Translations under genes and position numbers: made by a program | The notes under the pieces: generated by a model | Told to the model about the DNA's origin: nothing | Seen by the model: only the letters and a program-made list of their open reading frames with translations | Databases searched by the model: none | NCBI RefSeq assembly: GCF_048593235.1 | Contig: NC_133619.1 | Coordinates: forward strand, 24,504,454 to 24,568,453 | From: Sminthopsis crassicaudata | Taxonomy: Eukaryota | DNA length: 64,000 bases | Direction: 5' to 3' | Shown: positions 12,120 through 24,658 of the stretch, piece after piece | Layout of the letters: every line of letters starts with the position of its first letter | Numbering within the stretch: the first letter of the stretch is position 1

Positions 12120-13236
12120 TAACTTTAATTGTGAATGTGAATGGGATGAATTGTCCCATAAAGTGAAAGTGGATAGTAGATTGGATTAAAAGCCAGAATC
12201 TTATAAAGCATGTTATTTACAAGAAACACATTTAAATAAGAATGATACATAACAGGGTAAAGGTAAAAGGCCAGAGCAGAATCTATTATGCTTCAGCTTA
12301 AGTTTTTAAAAGAAAAGCAAAAATTGCTATCCTGTTTTCAGAGCAAGCAAAAGCAAAAAAATAAAAATAAAAAAGATTGAATTGAAAGAGGTAAGGAAGG
12401 AAAGTACATATCGCTAAAGGAAAGTACTGCTAAAGAGTACCATAGATAATGAAATAATATCAATACTAAATATATGTACCAAGTGGTATATTATCCAAGT
12501 TCCTAGAGGAAAATTTAAGAGAGCATCAAGAACCAAAAGTATACTACTGAGGGATCTCAAACTTGCTCTATCAGAACTAGATAAATCAAACTACAAAATT
12601 AAAAAAAAAAAAAAAGAAATAAGGTATGGAAAAATATAATTTTAGAAAAGTTAGATATTCTAGATCTTGGGAGAAAATTTAATGGAAACAGAAAAGAATA
12701 TGCTTTTTTTCTTGGTAGTACATGGAAACTACACAAAAAATATGCCTTGTATTATGGCATAAAAACCTAAAAATCAAATGCAGAAAGACAGAAATAGTAA
12801 TTTCATCTTTTTCAAAGCATGCTGCAATAAAAAACGCAGGTAATAAAGGGCCAGAAAAACAGACCAAAAGTTAATTAGAAACCAAATAATCTAATCCTAA
12901 AGAATGAGTGGGTGAAACAACAAATCAAAGACACAATTGATAATTTAATCTAAGAGAATGACAATAATGAGACAACATACCATAATTTATGGGATGTGAC
13001 CACATAAATTCTTAGGGTAAATTTTATATCCCTAGATATTTATCTTCATAAAATAGATAAAGTGAATATCAAAGGATTGGCATGCTACTAAAAAAGCTAG
13101 AAAACATAAAAAAAAATAAAAGAAAATTAAATTTGAAATTCTGAAAATAAAAGGAAAGATTAATAAAATTGAAAGTAAGAAATATATTGAACTAATAAAC
13201 AAAACTAAGAGTTGGTTTTATGGGAAAAAAAATAGA
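12120..13236 (+). mobile_element. L1 ORF2 endonuclease-region fragment, disabled
   Basis: 'aattgtgaatgtgaatgggatgaattgtcccataaa' (NVNGMN motif), 'ttacaagaaacacattta' (LQETHL), 'ggggatctcaaacttgctctatcagaactagat' (GDLN-like). Many stops and frameshifts. Confidence 0.92.
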
Positions 13237-15651
13237 TTGCTTTCTAAACGAAAACTATCGTAGCTAGGGAAATTTTCTTCCTCTTATTAGCCAGTTTGAA
13301 GGATGGTATAAGACAAGTAATTACAAAGTAACAAATGAGTGAAAAGGTATTTATTTTACGTTGACCATGAACAAAGAAATATTTTTTAAAAAATAGAAAC
13401 AAATGGATCAGAATTTCCATTATGATCTGAGCACTTAGAATAGGAAGGGACTTAACCCAACTTCTAAATATATATGAAGATGCAGAAAATTGAAGTGATT
13501 GACCTTGAAAGGAGAAGTCACTTCCTTGAGCACCAATATTCTCATCTTCAAAGTGAACCACATGGTCTCTGTGTTCCTCTATAACTCTGAACTTAAAATA
13601 ATATAACTGTGTAACCTTACACAAGTCAACTAGCTGGTACATAGAAGACAGAAAACTTAAAATCCAAACTTTGTTCCTCTAATTCCAGTTCTTCATTCTT
13701 GGCAATATTAGCCTTGATATAGAGTAAAATAAGGTGCAATGTGTAATATGTCCTAAACTAAGGGAGAAAAACATAGTTTTCTACATGTAGGGAGGCAGTG
13801 ATTAAACTCTCCCATTACTTGAGTCAATCCTCGGTTGCGATTTCACTCATCATCAATACACTCTTCTTTCTTTGAACTTTAAGCTTTGATACCTATTACT
13901 GTGTATTGCTACACGCACTCTATATCTGTGTGAATGGAATACATGAAAGCAGGTTTGGATGATGACAAGGGGTAGAGAATATATCCCACAAAGTGGAAAG
14001 GAAAGTCTTTCACACAGGAACCAAGGTCATGGAAACAGACAAGAGCAAAGTTAGGGGCATCCAACAGACAACTTAGTTTAATGAGAAAAGCTCTGTACTA
14101 GAGTTCAAGGACCTTACTTCAAATCCTGATATATCTTATAATTAATCATCTGAGTGACTTGAGGCAAATCAATGTCTTGCTCTAGGTCTCAGATTTCTTC
14201 CCAAAGTCACATGGTTGGAGCAGGTAGTATCTGATTGCCTTTCCATCTCTAGATATATGACCCTATGATATTCATATGAAGACAAAATTTACATTCCTTA
14301 CAATTTTGCCCTTCTCCAATGCTCACTGAAACCTATTAGGTTTCTTGGTATATCTTAGTGGATAAAATATCTAGGATAGTTTGGAAGTCCTGGGTTTTAA
14401 TCTTACCTTACACGCTATCTGACTGTGCAATTCATTTTATTTTTCTTGGCCTTAGTTTTCCTGTCTGTAAAGGAAGGATGATTGGAGTGGAGGCTGGAAC
14501 ACTTTCCTCATAGAACTGTTGTGAAAAACTTCACAATGATGATAAATAGAAAGCACTCTGTGAGCTCCAAAACCCTATATCAATGTCAGTGAATTTAATT
14601 ATCACTGCAGCTATGTGTCACAGAAGCTACGAGCATTAGAATATTGGACCTGAACTCAGAGTTGGGACAGGTATGGGTTTGATTACTTCCTTTAAAACTT
14701 ACATATTTGTGAAAGTTGCCACCCTTCGAAGTAAAATGGAAATTTTAACACTAGCAATAGCTCATCATGTAAGGAATAAATAAAATAAGGAGTAGAAACT
14801 ATTCCAAAATTAAAGTGATGTCGGTTGTTAACCATAATTCCCCAGGACAAGAGTAGATTGTAGTTGTTTTTGTTGTTTTAAAGGAACTATACTAGAGATA
14901 AGAGAACTGGTTGGTTGTAGTGCTTGGTACTTGAAGAGGACCAAAATTGCATCATTATGTCAAGATTAATATACAACATGTCTGCTTATGGCTATCCAAC
15001 CAATACAAATTCAGAAGGTTCTATCACAAAATGCAAAAAAAGAATCCATCTGTGGAGTGGATATATCTCTAAAAGACAGTTAGTAGTGTGGACCAGATGC
15101 AAAAAAGACTTGTTCTGGAGTAAAAGGATCTGGGTTCAAATCCCACTTTTTGACCTCTGGAAAGTTACTTATCCTGCCTCTAAATCAATTCCTCATCTAT
15201 AAATTGATGTTTTAACTACAAGTCCTCTAAAGTCTTATCTAGCTATAGGTCTATAGCAATATGTCCTTGGACACCAATTGCCAAGAAGGTTAATAGATTG
15301 TTTTGAGTCTCAGTTTCTCCATCTGTAAAAATAGATTGTTGTCTTCCCTGCTCCAGAGGGAAGACCCTATGATTCCTTTAATATCCCTAGAATTTTAACT
15401 ATAGCTGGCCTGCACCAGCACATATAGGCAGAATGCAAATCTTCTCTTTCTTCTTCCCTTCCTTTTATAAAATAGCACGCAGTAATTTATGCTGGTTCAC
15501 TGATTCTAAAGGGTCAGAGAGAGTGTCTTGGGTTTCTCCCATGGCCCAGAATAGCTGAATTCAGCAGACTCTTGCAGAAACTGTCCCAGATCTCTTTAGC
15601 AGGAACAGACTGTGATATAGGGTTTCCCTGCACATCTTCCAGCCCATATAC

Positions 15652-15735
15652 CTTTTTTGTCATTTCAGAATCTCGACTCGTGGAATGCTCCCAGAACCAG
15701 AAAAGTGGCCCACAAATAATCAAACACAAACAACT
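15652..15735 (-). CDS. Candidate 84-nt internal exon, unidentified (SCLCLIICGPLFWFWEHSTSRDSEMTKK)
   Basis: Minus-strand acceptor 'ctttattttttattttctag', donor AAG|GTATAT, open phase-0 frame, 2 CpGs. No homology recognised. Confidence 0.2.
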
Positions 15736-15889
15736 CTAGAAAATAAAAAAATAAAGGGATTTCAAATAGGAGACAAAGACTATTTCTTTACTGATTAACT
15801 ACTAACATACAATAATGTGACTGTTTCAAACATGAAAGAAAAAATGGGATTTTTATGTCAGATCTAACATCATGTTTATTTTATCAATG

Positions 15890-16030
15890 NNNNNNNNNNN
15901 NNNNNNNNNNNNNNNNNNNNNNNNNNNNNNNNNNNNNNNNNNNNNNNNNNNNNNNNNNNNNNNNNNNNNNNNNNNNNNNNNNNNNNNNNNNNNNNNNNNN
16001 NNNNNNNNNNNNNNNNNNNNNNNNNNNNNN
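15890..16030. other. Assembly gap (N run)
   Basis: 141 N. Confidence 1.
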
Positions 16031-16944
16031 TTTTTTTGTGTCTCTCTGTGTTTTTTCTATCTTTCGTCTCTCTCTCATACAAACATGTGCACATGTGCGC
16101 ACGCAGAATAACATAAAACTAAAGGAACAGTTTAGAGGAAAGAAGACAAAATAATTGCTCTTTTGGACTCATTCATATATGAAGTCATTCCATGGCACAG
16201 TTCATCTTAATGAATCTGGGCCTTATTCTATTCCAGCAGGTAACAGCATTCACTTTGTTTGCTATGTGCTGTGTGCTATGAGCTTTTTTTCAGTTTCTTC
16301 AGGGGTTGAGCATGTTAAGAGGTGCTTCAATTGGCATTTGTATTAATGCATTCATCTAAGTCGACTTTCATTTTCTGTGCTGTATTCTCCTACCACTACT
16401 GCCTTTTTTGTCTTTGTTCTATTTACCAGGCATGTTTGTTCATTTATAAGCTGGTGCTTTCCTATAGAAGCATTACCTATACCGACAGCAGACAGCTCCA
16501 TCCTTCAGACTCAAGGAAACATGCTTATTATTCCACTTCCTCCAATGCCTCCCCCAACCCAAAGTCCTTGATCAGAATTTTCCTTGGCTATTTCAGGCTC
16601 AGATCTCTGAAGATGTAAATGGCAGGAAGTTGCAATTCCGATGGGTGGTTGTTAAAAGAAGGATATTGGAAATGCATCCCAATGAAGATGAAATAACATA
16701 GCAAGCTACACCAGCCTTAATGACCTGCAGGGGAAATTCCCTTGCCATCTAAACATATTCTGGTAATGTTTCTAGGACAAACAGAGGAGCAAATGTAAGA
16801 AGGAAAAACATAGAGGCAATAACTTTGATAACATCACTCATTCAACAAGCTTGAATTGAATTTCAAGGGCATCCATTTGCTCCCTCAAGTTATGTACAAA
16901 TGACCTGAATTTGAGACTTTTGCCACTTTTAATTCTTTTCATTT

Positions 16945-17675
16945 ACTTTAAAAAATTTACTTAATATTTTATTTTCCAGAGTTACATGTAAAGATAATTT
17001 TAACATTCTTTTTCCCACAAATTATGAGCTCCGAATTATATCCCTCTCCCTCACTACTTTAAAAAGGTAAGGATTTTGACATGGGTTATACATGGGCATT
17101 CATTCAAAATCCATTTCCATATGTCATTCTGTGAAAGAAAAGACACCCCTCAAAAAAACCCAAGAAAAATAAGTTTTAAAAGAACCAAATTCAGGCTCTA
17201 TCAGTTCTTTCTCTGGAGAGAGACAGCACCTTTTCATTATAAAGCCTCTAGAATTGTCTTGGATTGTTGTATTGCTGACAGTGGTTAACTTTATCCATAG
17301 TAGAACATCATATAATGTTGCTGTTATGGTGTACAATATTTTCCAGGTTCTGCTCATTTTACTTTACCTCAATTCATATGTTTTCTTGAGAGCATTTGCT
17401 CTTAAAGCAATCATATACAACAACTAATTGAGTCAGTCTTCAATTGGTGGACATCTTAATTTCCAATTCTTTGCCACCACTAAAAGAACTGCTATAAATA
17501 TTTTTATACACACGTATCCTTTTAAAATAATCTCTTTGGAATGCAGACCTAGTGATCATAATTCCTGGTCAAAGGATATATGTGGTTTTATAACTCCTTA
17601 GGCCATAGATTCAAATTGCTCTTCAGAATGCTTGAATCAGTATACAACTTCACTGTTAGTACATTAATGTTTTAA
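16945..17675 (-). mobile_element. Old L1 3' end (ORF2 C-terminus + 3'UTR)
   Basis: 'ttgccaccactaaaagaactgctataaatattttt', 'ctctatcagttctttctctggag' and a T-rich tail at the left end. Confidence 0.88.
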
Positions 17676-17699
17676 TTTGTTTTCATTTTATTTTTCTTT

Positions 17700-19870
17700 T
17701 TAAATTAAACATATTAATTCAAATGGGAAAAATATTGACAAAATAGAAAAGAGTGGAATTAAAAACATTTTTGATCTTTAATAAAGGAAGTCTAAAAAGG
17801 GAACAAAAAAAGGAACTGATTGGAAGTAAATTGTTTACATCTCTAATACTTGTAATTCTTGAAAAATTAATAGTATCCATTAATTATTATTGAGTAATAG
17901 CATAGCTAGAAAGAGTATACAGACATAGAGAGTATGGGTATAATGTGAATTTGGGGGAATGAATAAAAATAATAAAGGGATGAGAAAGAGGAGTATATTA
18001 AGAGTAGAAGAAAGAAAGCAGTAAAATAGGGCAAATTATCTCACAAGAATAGGTAGAAAAACATGATTATAGGGGAGGTCAAATTGGGAAGATGAATGAT
18101 AGGTATTACTTCATTATTCTTATCAGTATTGGCTCAAAAAAAGGAAATAAAATACACTTCATCAGTTGAATATAGAAATTGATCTTACCAATAAGAAATT
18201 AAAAGGTAATTATGTAAAGGTAGAAGGTCGGAGAAGGAAAGAGACACTAAAAGAAGAGGGAAGATGAGGGAAAACAATTGATAAAAGGAAAACATTTTCC
18301 AAAAGGGAAAATGTGAAAGGAGAGAGAGGACAAACAGGAGAAAATATAGAGTGGAGAGAAATATATGGTTAATAATCATAATTGTGAATTTAAATGGTTT
18401 GAAATATCCCATAAAATAGAAGTAGATAGCAAAAACAATATAATTCTACAATATGTTCTTTATTATACACTTAAAACAGAGAAACACACAGAGTAAAGTT
18501 AAGAGGCTGGAGCAGAATATATTATGCTTCAGTTGAAGTCAAATTAAAGCAGGATAACAATCCTGTTGTCAGAGAAATCAGAAGCAAAGTAGAAGTAATT
18601 AAAATATATAAAGAAATAAACTTCATCTTGCTAAAAGATTCCATAGATGATGAAGTAATAATATCCATACTAATCCTATGTGCATCAAGTGGCACAATAT
18701 GCAGATTCTTAAAGCACAACTTAAATGAATTATAACAATAGATATAGAGCATCAAAAAAGTAAAATAGGTAATTTTTATTACATTAAATCAAAAAGGTTT
18801 TGCACAAACAAAATTAATGCAAGCATAATTAGAAAGGAAATAGAAACTTTAGAAACAATCTTTACAGGAAATTTTGGGACTCATTTCTCAAATATATACA
18901 GAACTCATTAGAAAGCCATCTTCTAATTGATAAATAGTCAAAGGATATGAAGAGGCAGTTTTGCAATAAAGAAATTAAAGCTATCTATAGGTATATTAAG
19001 TGTTCTAAATAACTTTTGAATAGAGAAATATAAATTAAAACAATTCTGAGTTATCAACTTACATCTATCAGATTGACTAGTATTACAAAAAAGAAAATGA
19101 TAAATGCTGGAGATGATGGAGAAAATTAAAATATTAATATACTGTTGGTGGAAGTATGAACAGATCCAAGCATTTTAGGGAGAAATTTGGAACTATGCCC
19201 AAAGAAAAAACTGTACATATCCTTTTTTCATGCAATATCACTACTAAGGTCTGGATTCCAAAGAGATTATTTTTTTAAAAAAAGTTTACATGTACAAAAA
19301 TATATAAGGTAGAGCTTTAGGTGGTAGTAAAATATTGGAATTTGAGGAGGGGATGCCCATCAATTGATGAATTACTGGAAAAGTTGTAGTAATAAATGTA
19401 ATGAGATACTATTATGTAATAAGGACTGATTGAACAGACAGATGTCATAGAAACTGGGAAAGGTATGTAGTAATTCATGCAAACTGAAATGAGCAGAACC
19501 AGGAAAACATTGTACAAAATATCAACAAGATTATCTGATAATCACACACAATGATCTAAAACAAATGCCAAGGAATCAAGAATGGAAATGTTACCCAAAT
19601 CCACACAAAGCTGATGGACTCTAAATGAAAATCAAAGCATATATTTTTCATTTACTTTATTCTTTTTCTGTTTTTTCCACTTTTGATTGGTTTCTTCTTT
19701 CACAGCTGTGATTAATATGGAAATATGTTTTACAGGATAGCTCATCAAATTGCCTACCATTTTAGGAAGAGAGAAGGGTAGGAGGGAGAAAATTTCAAAC
19801 TATAAATCTCATAAGAATGAATGCTAAAAACTGTCTTGATATGAAATTAGCAAAATATTATTTAAAAAAA
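17700..19870 (+). mobile_element. Old L1 with large internal ORF2 deletion
   Basis: Inter-ORF spacer, then EN start (~18370-18750), joined directly to ORF2 C-terminal sequence 'ataggtaatttttattacattaaatcaaaaaggttttgcac' (~18765), the 3'UTR and an A-rich end at ~19865. Confidence 0.85.
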
Positions 19871-20318
19871 AAAGAATTATATATAAATTTCATAATTCCC
19901 TTATCTTCCCAGTAAAATGTAAATTTCTTGAGAGCAGAAACACTGTCATGCTTGCTTCTGAATCCTTAGGTCCTAATTCAGGGCTTAATAAATTCAGCAC
20001 TAATTCAGGCACTTAATAAATGCTTCTTGAAATGCTGTGAATTCAACTGATTTCATAAATGGAGCCTTCCACATAGATTATATTGCATAAAACTATTAAG
20101 TCTTAAATAACTTTGAGTCTCAATGTAGTCATGTAGAAGTGATGAAGGTCAAGCATAAATTTCATTTGAGGTCAAAGAAAGAGGTATAAAGCAGAATGTA
20201 GATGATTAGAGATTTGGAGTACTTGCACTGGAATTGTCTATTATGGGAGAGAGTAAATATATCTCCTAAAACAAAGTAAATGCTATAAAGATCATAAGTA
20301 AATAGTACTACAAAAGAA

Positions 20319-20521
20319 NNNNNNNNNNNNNNNNNNNNNNNNNNNNNNNNNNNNNNNNNNNNNNNNNNNNNNNNNNNNNNNNNNNNNNNNNNNNNNNNNN
20401 NNNNNNNNNNNNNNNNNNNNNNNNNNNNNNNNNNNNNNNNNNNNNNNNNNNNNNNNNNNNNNNNNNNNNNNNNNNNNNNNNNNNNNNNNNNNNNNNNNNN
20501 NNNNNNNNNNNNNNNNNNNNN
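20319..20521. other. Assembly gap (N run)
   Basis: 203 N. Confidence 1.
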
Positions 20522-23235
20522 ATTGTTTATGCTTACAATTGATTAATATAAAGTTGCATCATATACAATCCTCTACTAAAGAGATACACAGGTTTGGTTT
20601 GGTTTTGTTTTTTCTTTTGCAATACAAATATGATTTTATCTGATTTAATTACTAGTCTTTCATTATGATTTTCTCTGATGCTTCTCCTTTTGTTTTTTTT
20701 AAAGAATAACTGATAGATTTTGTTTTCCTATCAGAAGCCTTTTCTGAATATTCTCTCTTTTCATGTATCACTCAACCTCTACCCTGTAAGCTTTCTCTTG
20801 TAAAAAAAAATAAAATTAATAAAGCAAAACAAACCAACCTGGTGATCACATCTTAAAGTATATACAATTTTACACACCCATAGCCTTCCACATCTTTCCT
20901 AAAATAGAAAACCTTTCCATCACTTCTTCAGTTAAATCAAGACAGTGTGATGTAATTAAGTATCTATGATTATTAAGCTAAGCAATGGAGATAAAAAGAA
21001 AGGGAAAAAGTTTCTATCCTCAAAGAACCAAGATTGGCCATGGCAGTTCAATAGAGTGTGACTTTGCTATATTCTTCCTTTTAACTGCAGTGCTATAATT
21101 ATTGTATATATGTATAAACCAGAATATGCAAGAGATACACAAAGAGAGACAGACAGAAACAAAGAGATGGAGACATAGGTAAAAACTATAGCTATGAATG
21201 GAGAAAAAAGTATACTGGTTTTGTTGACTTAATCCTACATCAGTTAATATGTCTTTCCAAGTGTTTCTAAATATTTATTCATTATGGTAAATTTTTATTT
21301 AATTACATTCATAATTTATAAATTCTTCTGTAATTTTTCACCCAGTGTCTCTCTTTTCTAAGAGATGCTAGTTAGAGTAATGACTTCTGTACTCATCCAT
21401 TCTACCCTTGAAGGTTATAGCTCATCCATTGGATGCACAATTTGTGAGGAATGATCTTTTTGAAATCAATTTGGACAAATATGGTACATTACTGGTTGCT
21501 TTGAAGAAAAAAATATGATTAAATTTTAATTGAATTTAGTTGGATTAAAATATTATTCTACTTTGAATTGTGATTATACAATGAACAATTTAAGTGACAA
21601 TTGAACAATTTTATGGAGGTGAAAAGGAAACTTTTTTTAACACTTTAAGTTATGCAAGAATCTCTCAGTAAATCTGCCTGAAATAGAATTTTACATTTTG
21701 CAGAAATTCTTTGAATTAGATTCTCTGCTGCATGCAAAGAATAGTTTTCTTGCTCTTAAAATCATTTCAATGCTTTTATACCAAGTATCAAATTAGTTTA
21801 TGGTTAAGTCAACATAAGATGAGATGCATACTAGAAAGTATATTCATTGTGTTTCTCTTTTTGAAGTTCTTTTAAGGTTAGTGTAATTATCCAAGAATTG
21901 ACTACAGCTCGGGTTTCTTGGCATTGGGTTGAAAAAGAGTTAACAAAGGAGCTTAAAATTACTCTGTTGTCTCTTCAGGGGTTTAACATTGATGCTGGTC
22001 CTCAGTGGTCTCATGTTTTCTCTTTCTATCCATCCAGTTCTTTTCCAGCAACTTTAAATGCCAAATTTCTAGAGCCTTTCAGATGGTTATTGGCAAGGCT
22101 GGATATGTTATTTTGGCAATTACATGCAATTTTATTAGGCTAAGATTCAAAGTCTTATAAAATATCTTCTAACCAAGACCTTGGGAAGGAGGCTCAAGAA
22201 AATGATTCTTCTACCTCAATCTTGACAGAGGCTATGGTGGCATGGTATAAATCAGGCAGCTAGATGCCACAGTGGATGGAGAACAAGTTCAAATTTGCTC
22301 TTAGGACCTTATATTGAATGTGATTCTAGGAAAATCAATCAATCAAACTCTTTTTGTTTCATTTTTCTCACCTATAAAATGGGGCTAATAATAGCATCTG
22401 CTTCCCAAAGTTGATCAAATGAAATAATAATTGAAAAATGTTTACCACAGTGTTTGGCTTATAGTTAGCACTATATGAATGTTAAAATAGTATTTAATAT
22501 GCATTTATTAAATGCCTATTATGTACCAGGAGAGCATCTATAATATTGAATACTCTCAGTTCTTATCTCTGATAGGTTTTATTTTCTTTTTAAAAAATTC
22601 ATTAGTTCTATTTCTCCTCCTGAAACCTGACTAGGTACCAGATGGTACCATGGATAGTGTATGGGGCCTGAAGTTAAGAAGACACATTCATCTTCATCAA
22701 CTCAAATCAAACATCAGACACTTAATAAATGTGTGACTCTGGACAAATTCCTTACTGCTGTTTGCCTCAGTTTCCTCATGTGAGAAGTGATCTGGAAATG
22801 GAAATAGCAAACCACCATAATATTTTGCCAATAGAGTCTCAAAGAAGGTCACAAAGCATTGGAAATGATTAAACAGCAATATAATTGTTTTAGCAACTGT
22901 ATAAGGCAAATATAAAACCAAAAGTTAAATTATCCCTGCCCTTTACATTCTATTTTATTATAATAGCACTGGACTTGGACTTAGACCTTAATTCATATCC
23001 TAAAATACCTGGTAACTGTGTGACCTGAGAAATATGCTTTTTTGAGCCTCAGTTTCCTTATTTGTAAATTAGAGAAGATATAATATTTATATTATAGTTA
23101 CCTTCTAGACTTGCTAGGGAGATAAAATTAGCTAACCTACTAGCAACATCTGTGTGGTGAGTGTTGCTATGGATCCAAGAGACTACTTAAATAGGACAAA
23201 GTCCATTTGTTTTAACTTAAATTTCTGGCTTCATG

Positions 23236-23780
23236 TGTTATGAACTTGAAACAAAGGATGCTTACAAAGTACTAAGTAGAATTGAGGAGACAATGGTTAT
23301 CTAGTGTAGTGTGGTTCAGTATGATTGAGTTAATCTTTCAACAAATAATGGTTTCCTAGTGATAGAATGATTGGTTTATACTCAGTGTAGAGCAGATAAG
23401 CTAGGAGTCTCAGCCAGGATTTATTCAGAGAGATTCAGAGGGCAAAGAAGACAGGCTGGAGCTCAAGCTCTCAGAACCAAGGACAAACTTTCATTTGATC
23501 TTCAGTCAAGCCACTGGTGGCAGGCTCTCCTCCTGCATTTCTCCACTGAGACCAAGGCAGGTCTGAAAGATTGTCCAGAAAGCTGCCCAGCCCCAGGAAG
23601 GAAATAAGAAAGGATCTGAACTTTAAGAAAGCTAACTGGGCCCCAGGAAAGGAGACAAGACTTTGAAAGAGATAATAAAGGATTTAGACTTTAACCCCTG
23701 GCTACTTGTGTGGTGATTACTCTGACCAAAAAGAAGGATGCTCCCAGAGACCTCAAGAAAACCGAACTGAGAACATTACT
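23236..23780 (+). mobile_element. Solo ERV LTR (~545 bp)
   Basis: Starts TGTTATG and ends 'gagaacattact' (CA mutated to CT). AATAAA at 23674-23679. Flanking hexamers ttcatg/attatg are a possible decayed TSD. Resembles recalled marsupial LTRs. Confidence 0.8.
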
Positions 23781-24465
23781 ATTATGTTTTGGAGAGTTCT
23801 GGAAGATGTAGTATTTTTATGCAATCTCTCTCTCTCTCTCTTTTTTTTTAACTAACATTAGCTAACAAAATTTTTTGTTTAAAGATTTTCAAAGTACTTT
23901 TCATACCTCATTTTATTTGTTCTTTACAACAACTCTCTCTGGGAGGTGTTATTATCACCATTTTACATATTACAAGCCCAGGAGTGAGAAATTTAAGTGA
24001 ATTCCCCAGCATTACAAAACTAATTTGTAGTTCTGTGGAAGAATTTGAACTCAGGTCTTCCTAAAATCTGTCAAAACACACACACATGCATACATAAGTA
24101 TATAAGGAATAAAGTCTTTGTCATAATAAAAAAAGATTAGACTATAGAATTATTTGAAATACAAATAATGTACACTTGAACATTTCATGCCTGTCTAGAC
24201 TTATTTCATTAGGAAGAACACAGCATGGTTCCTGGTATATAGTAGATTGTGGGATCTGGGGACCTGGGTTCCAATCCTGCTCATGACACTTATTATTTGT
24301 TTTATTTTAGTTGCCCACTTGAGCCTCAGCTTCCTCATCTGTAAAATGTGGGGATCAGACCAGATGGTCTCTAATATCCCTTTCAATTCTACATCTATAA
24401 TACTCCCTATGTGAATGTGGAATTTCCTCAGTGAAATAGAAAGTCAGGAAATATTATTTAAACTG

Positions 24466-24658
24466 CAGTGGTCCTCAAACTTTTTTAAATAGGGGGCCAG
24501 TTCACTGTCCCTCAGACTGTTAGAGGGCCGGATTATAGTAAAAACAAAAGCTCACACTCTGTCTCTGCCCCTCAGCCCATTTGTGATAACCTGGTGGGCC
24601 GCATAAATGTCCTCAGCGGGCAGCATCTGGCTGGCGGACCATAGTTTGGGAATCCCTG
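24466..24658 (+). mobile_element. OC1 (OposCharlie1)-type non-autonomous hAT MITE
   Basis: Imperfect 16-bp TIRs cagtggtcctcaaact / agtttgggaatccctg. Internal 'tttaaatagggggccagttcactgtccctcagactgtt' matches the recalled OC1 left end. 193 bp. Confidence 0.88.

Noticed and set aside
13244-13642. Longest ORF in the track (132 aa)
   Set aside because: Runs through MIR-like and AT-rich DNA, has no splice or homology support, and its length is compatible with chance.
15855-16154. ORFs with X runs (also 50466-50792)
   Set aside because: They are open only because they span N gaps.
16150-16800. Several splice-like signals and a Pro-rich ORF end (EALPIPTADSSILQTQG...)
   Set aside because: The signals conflict on both strands, donors are weak or stops intervene, and no consistent exon emerges.
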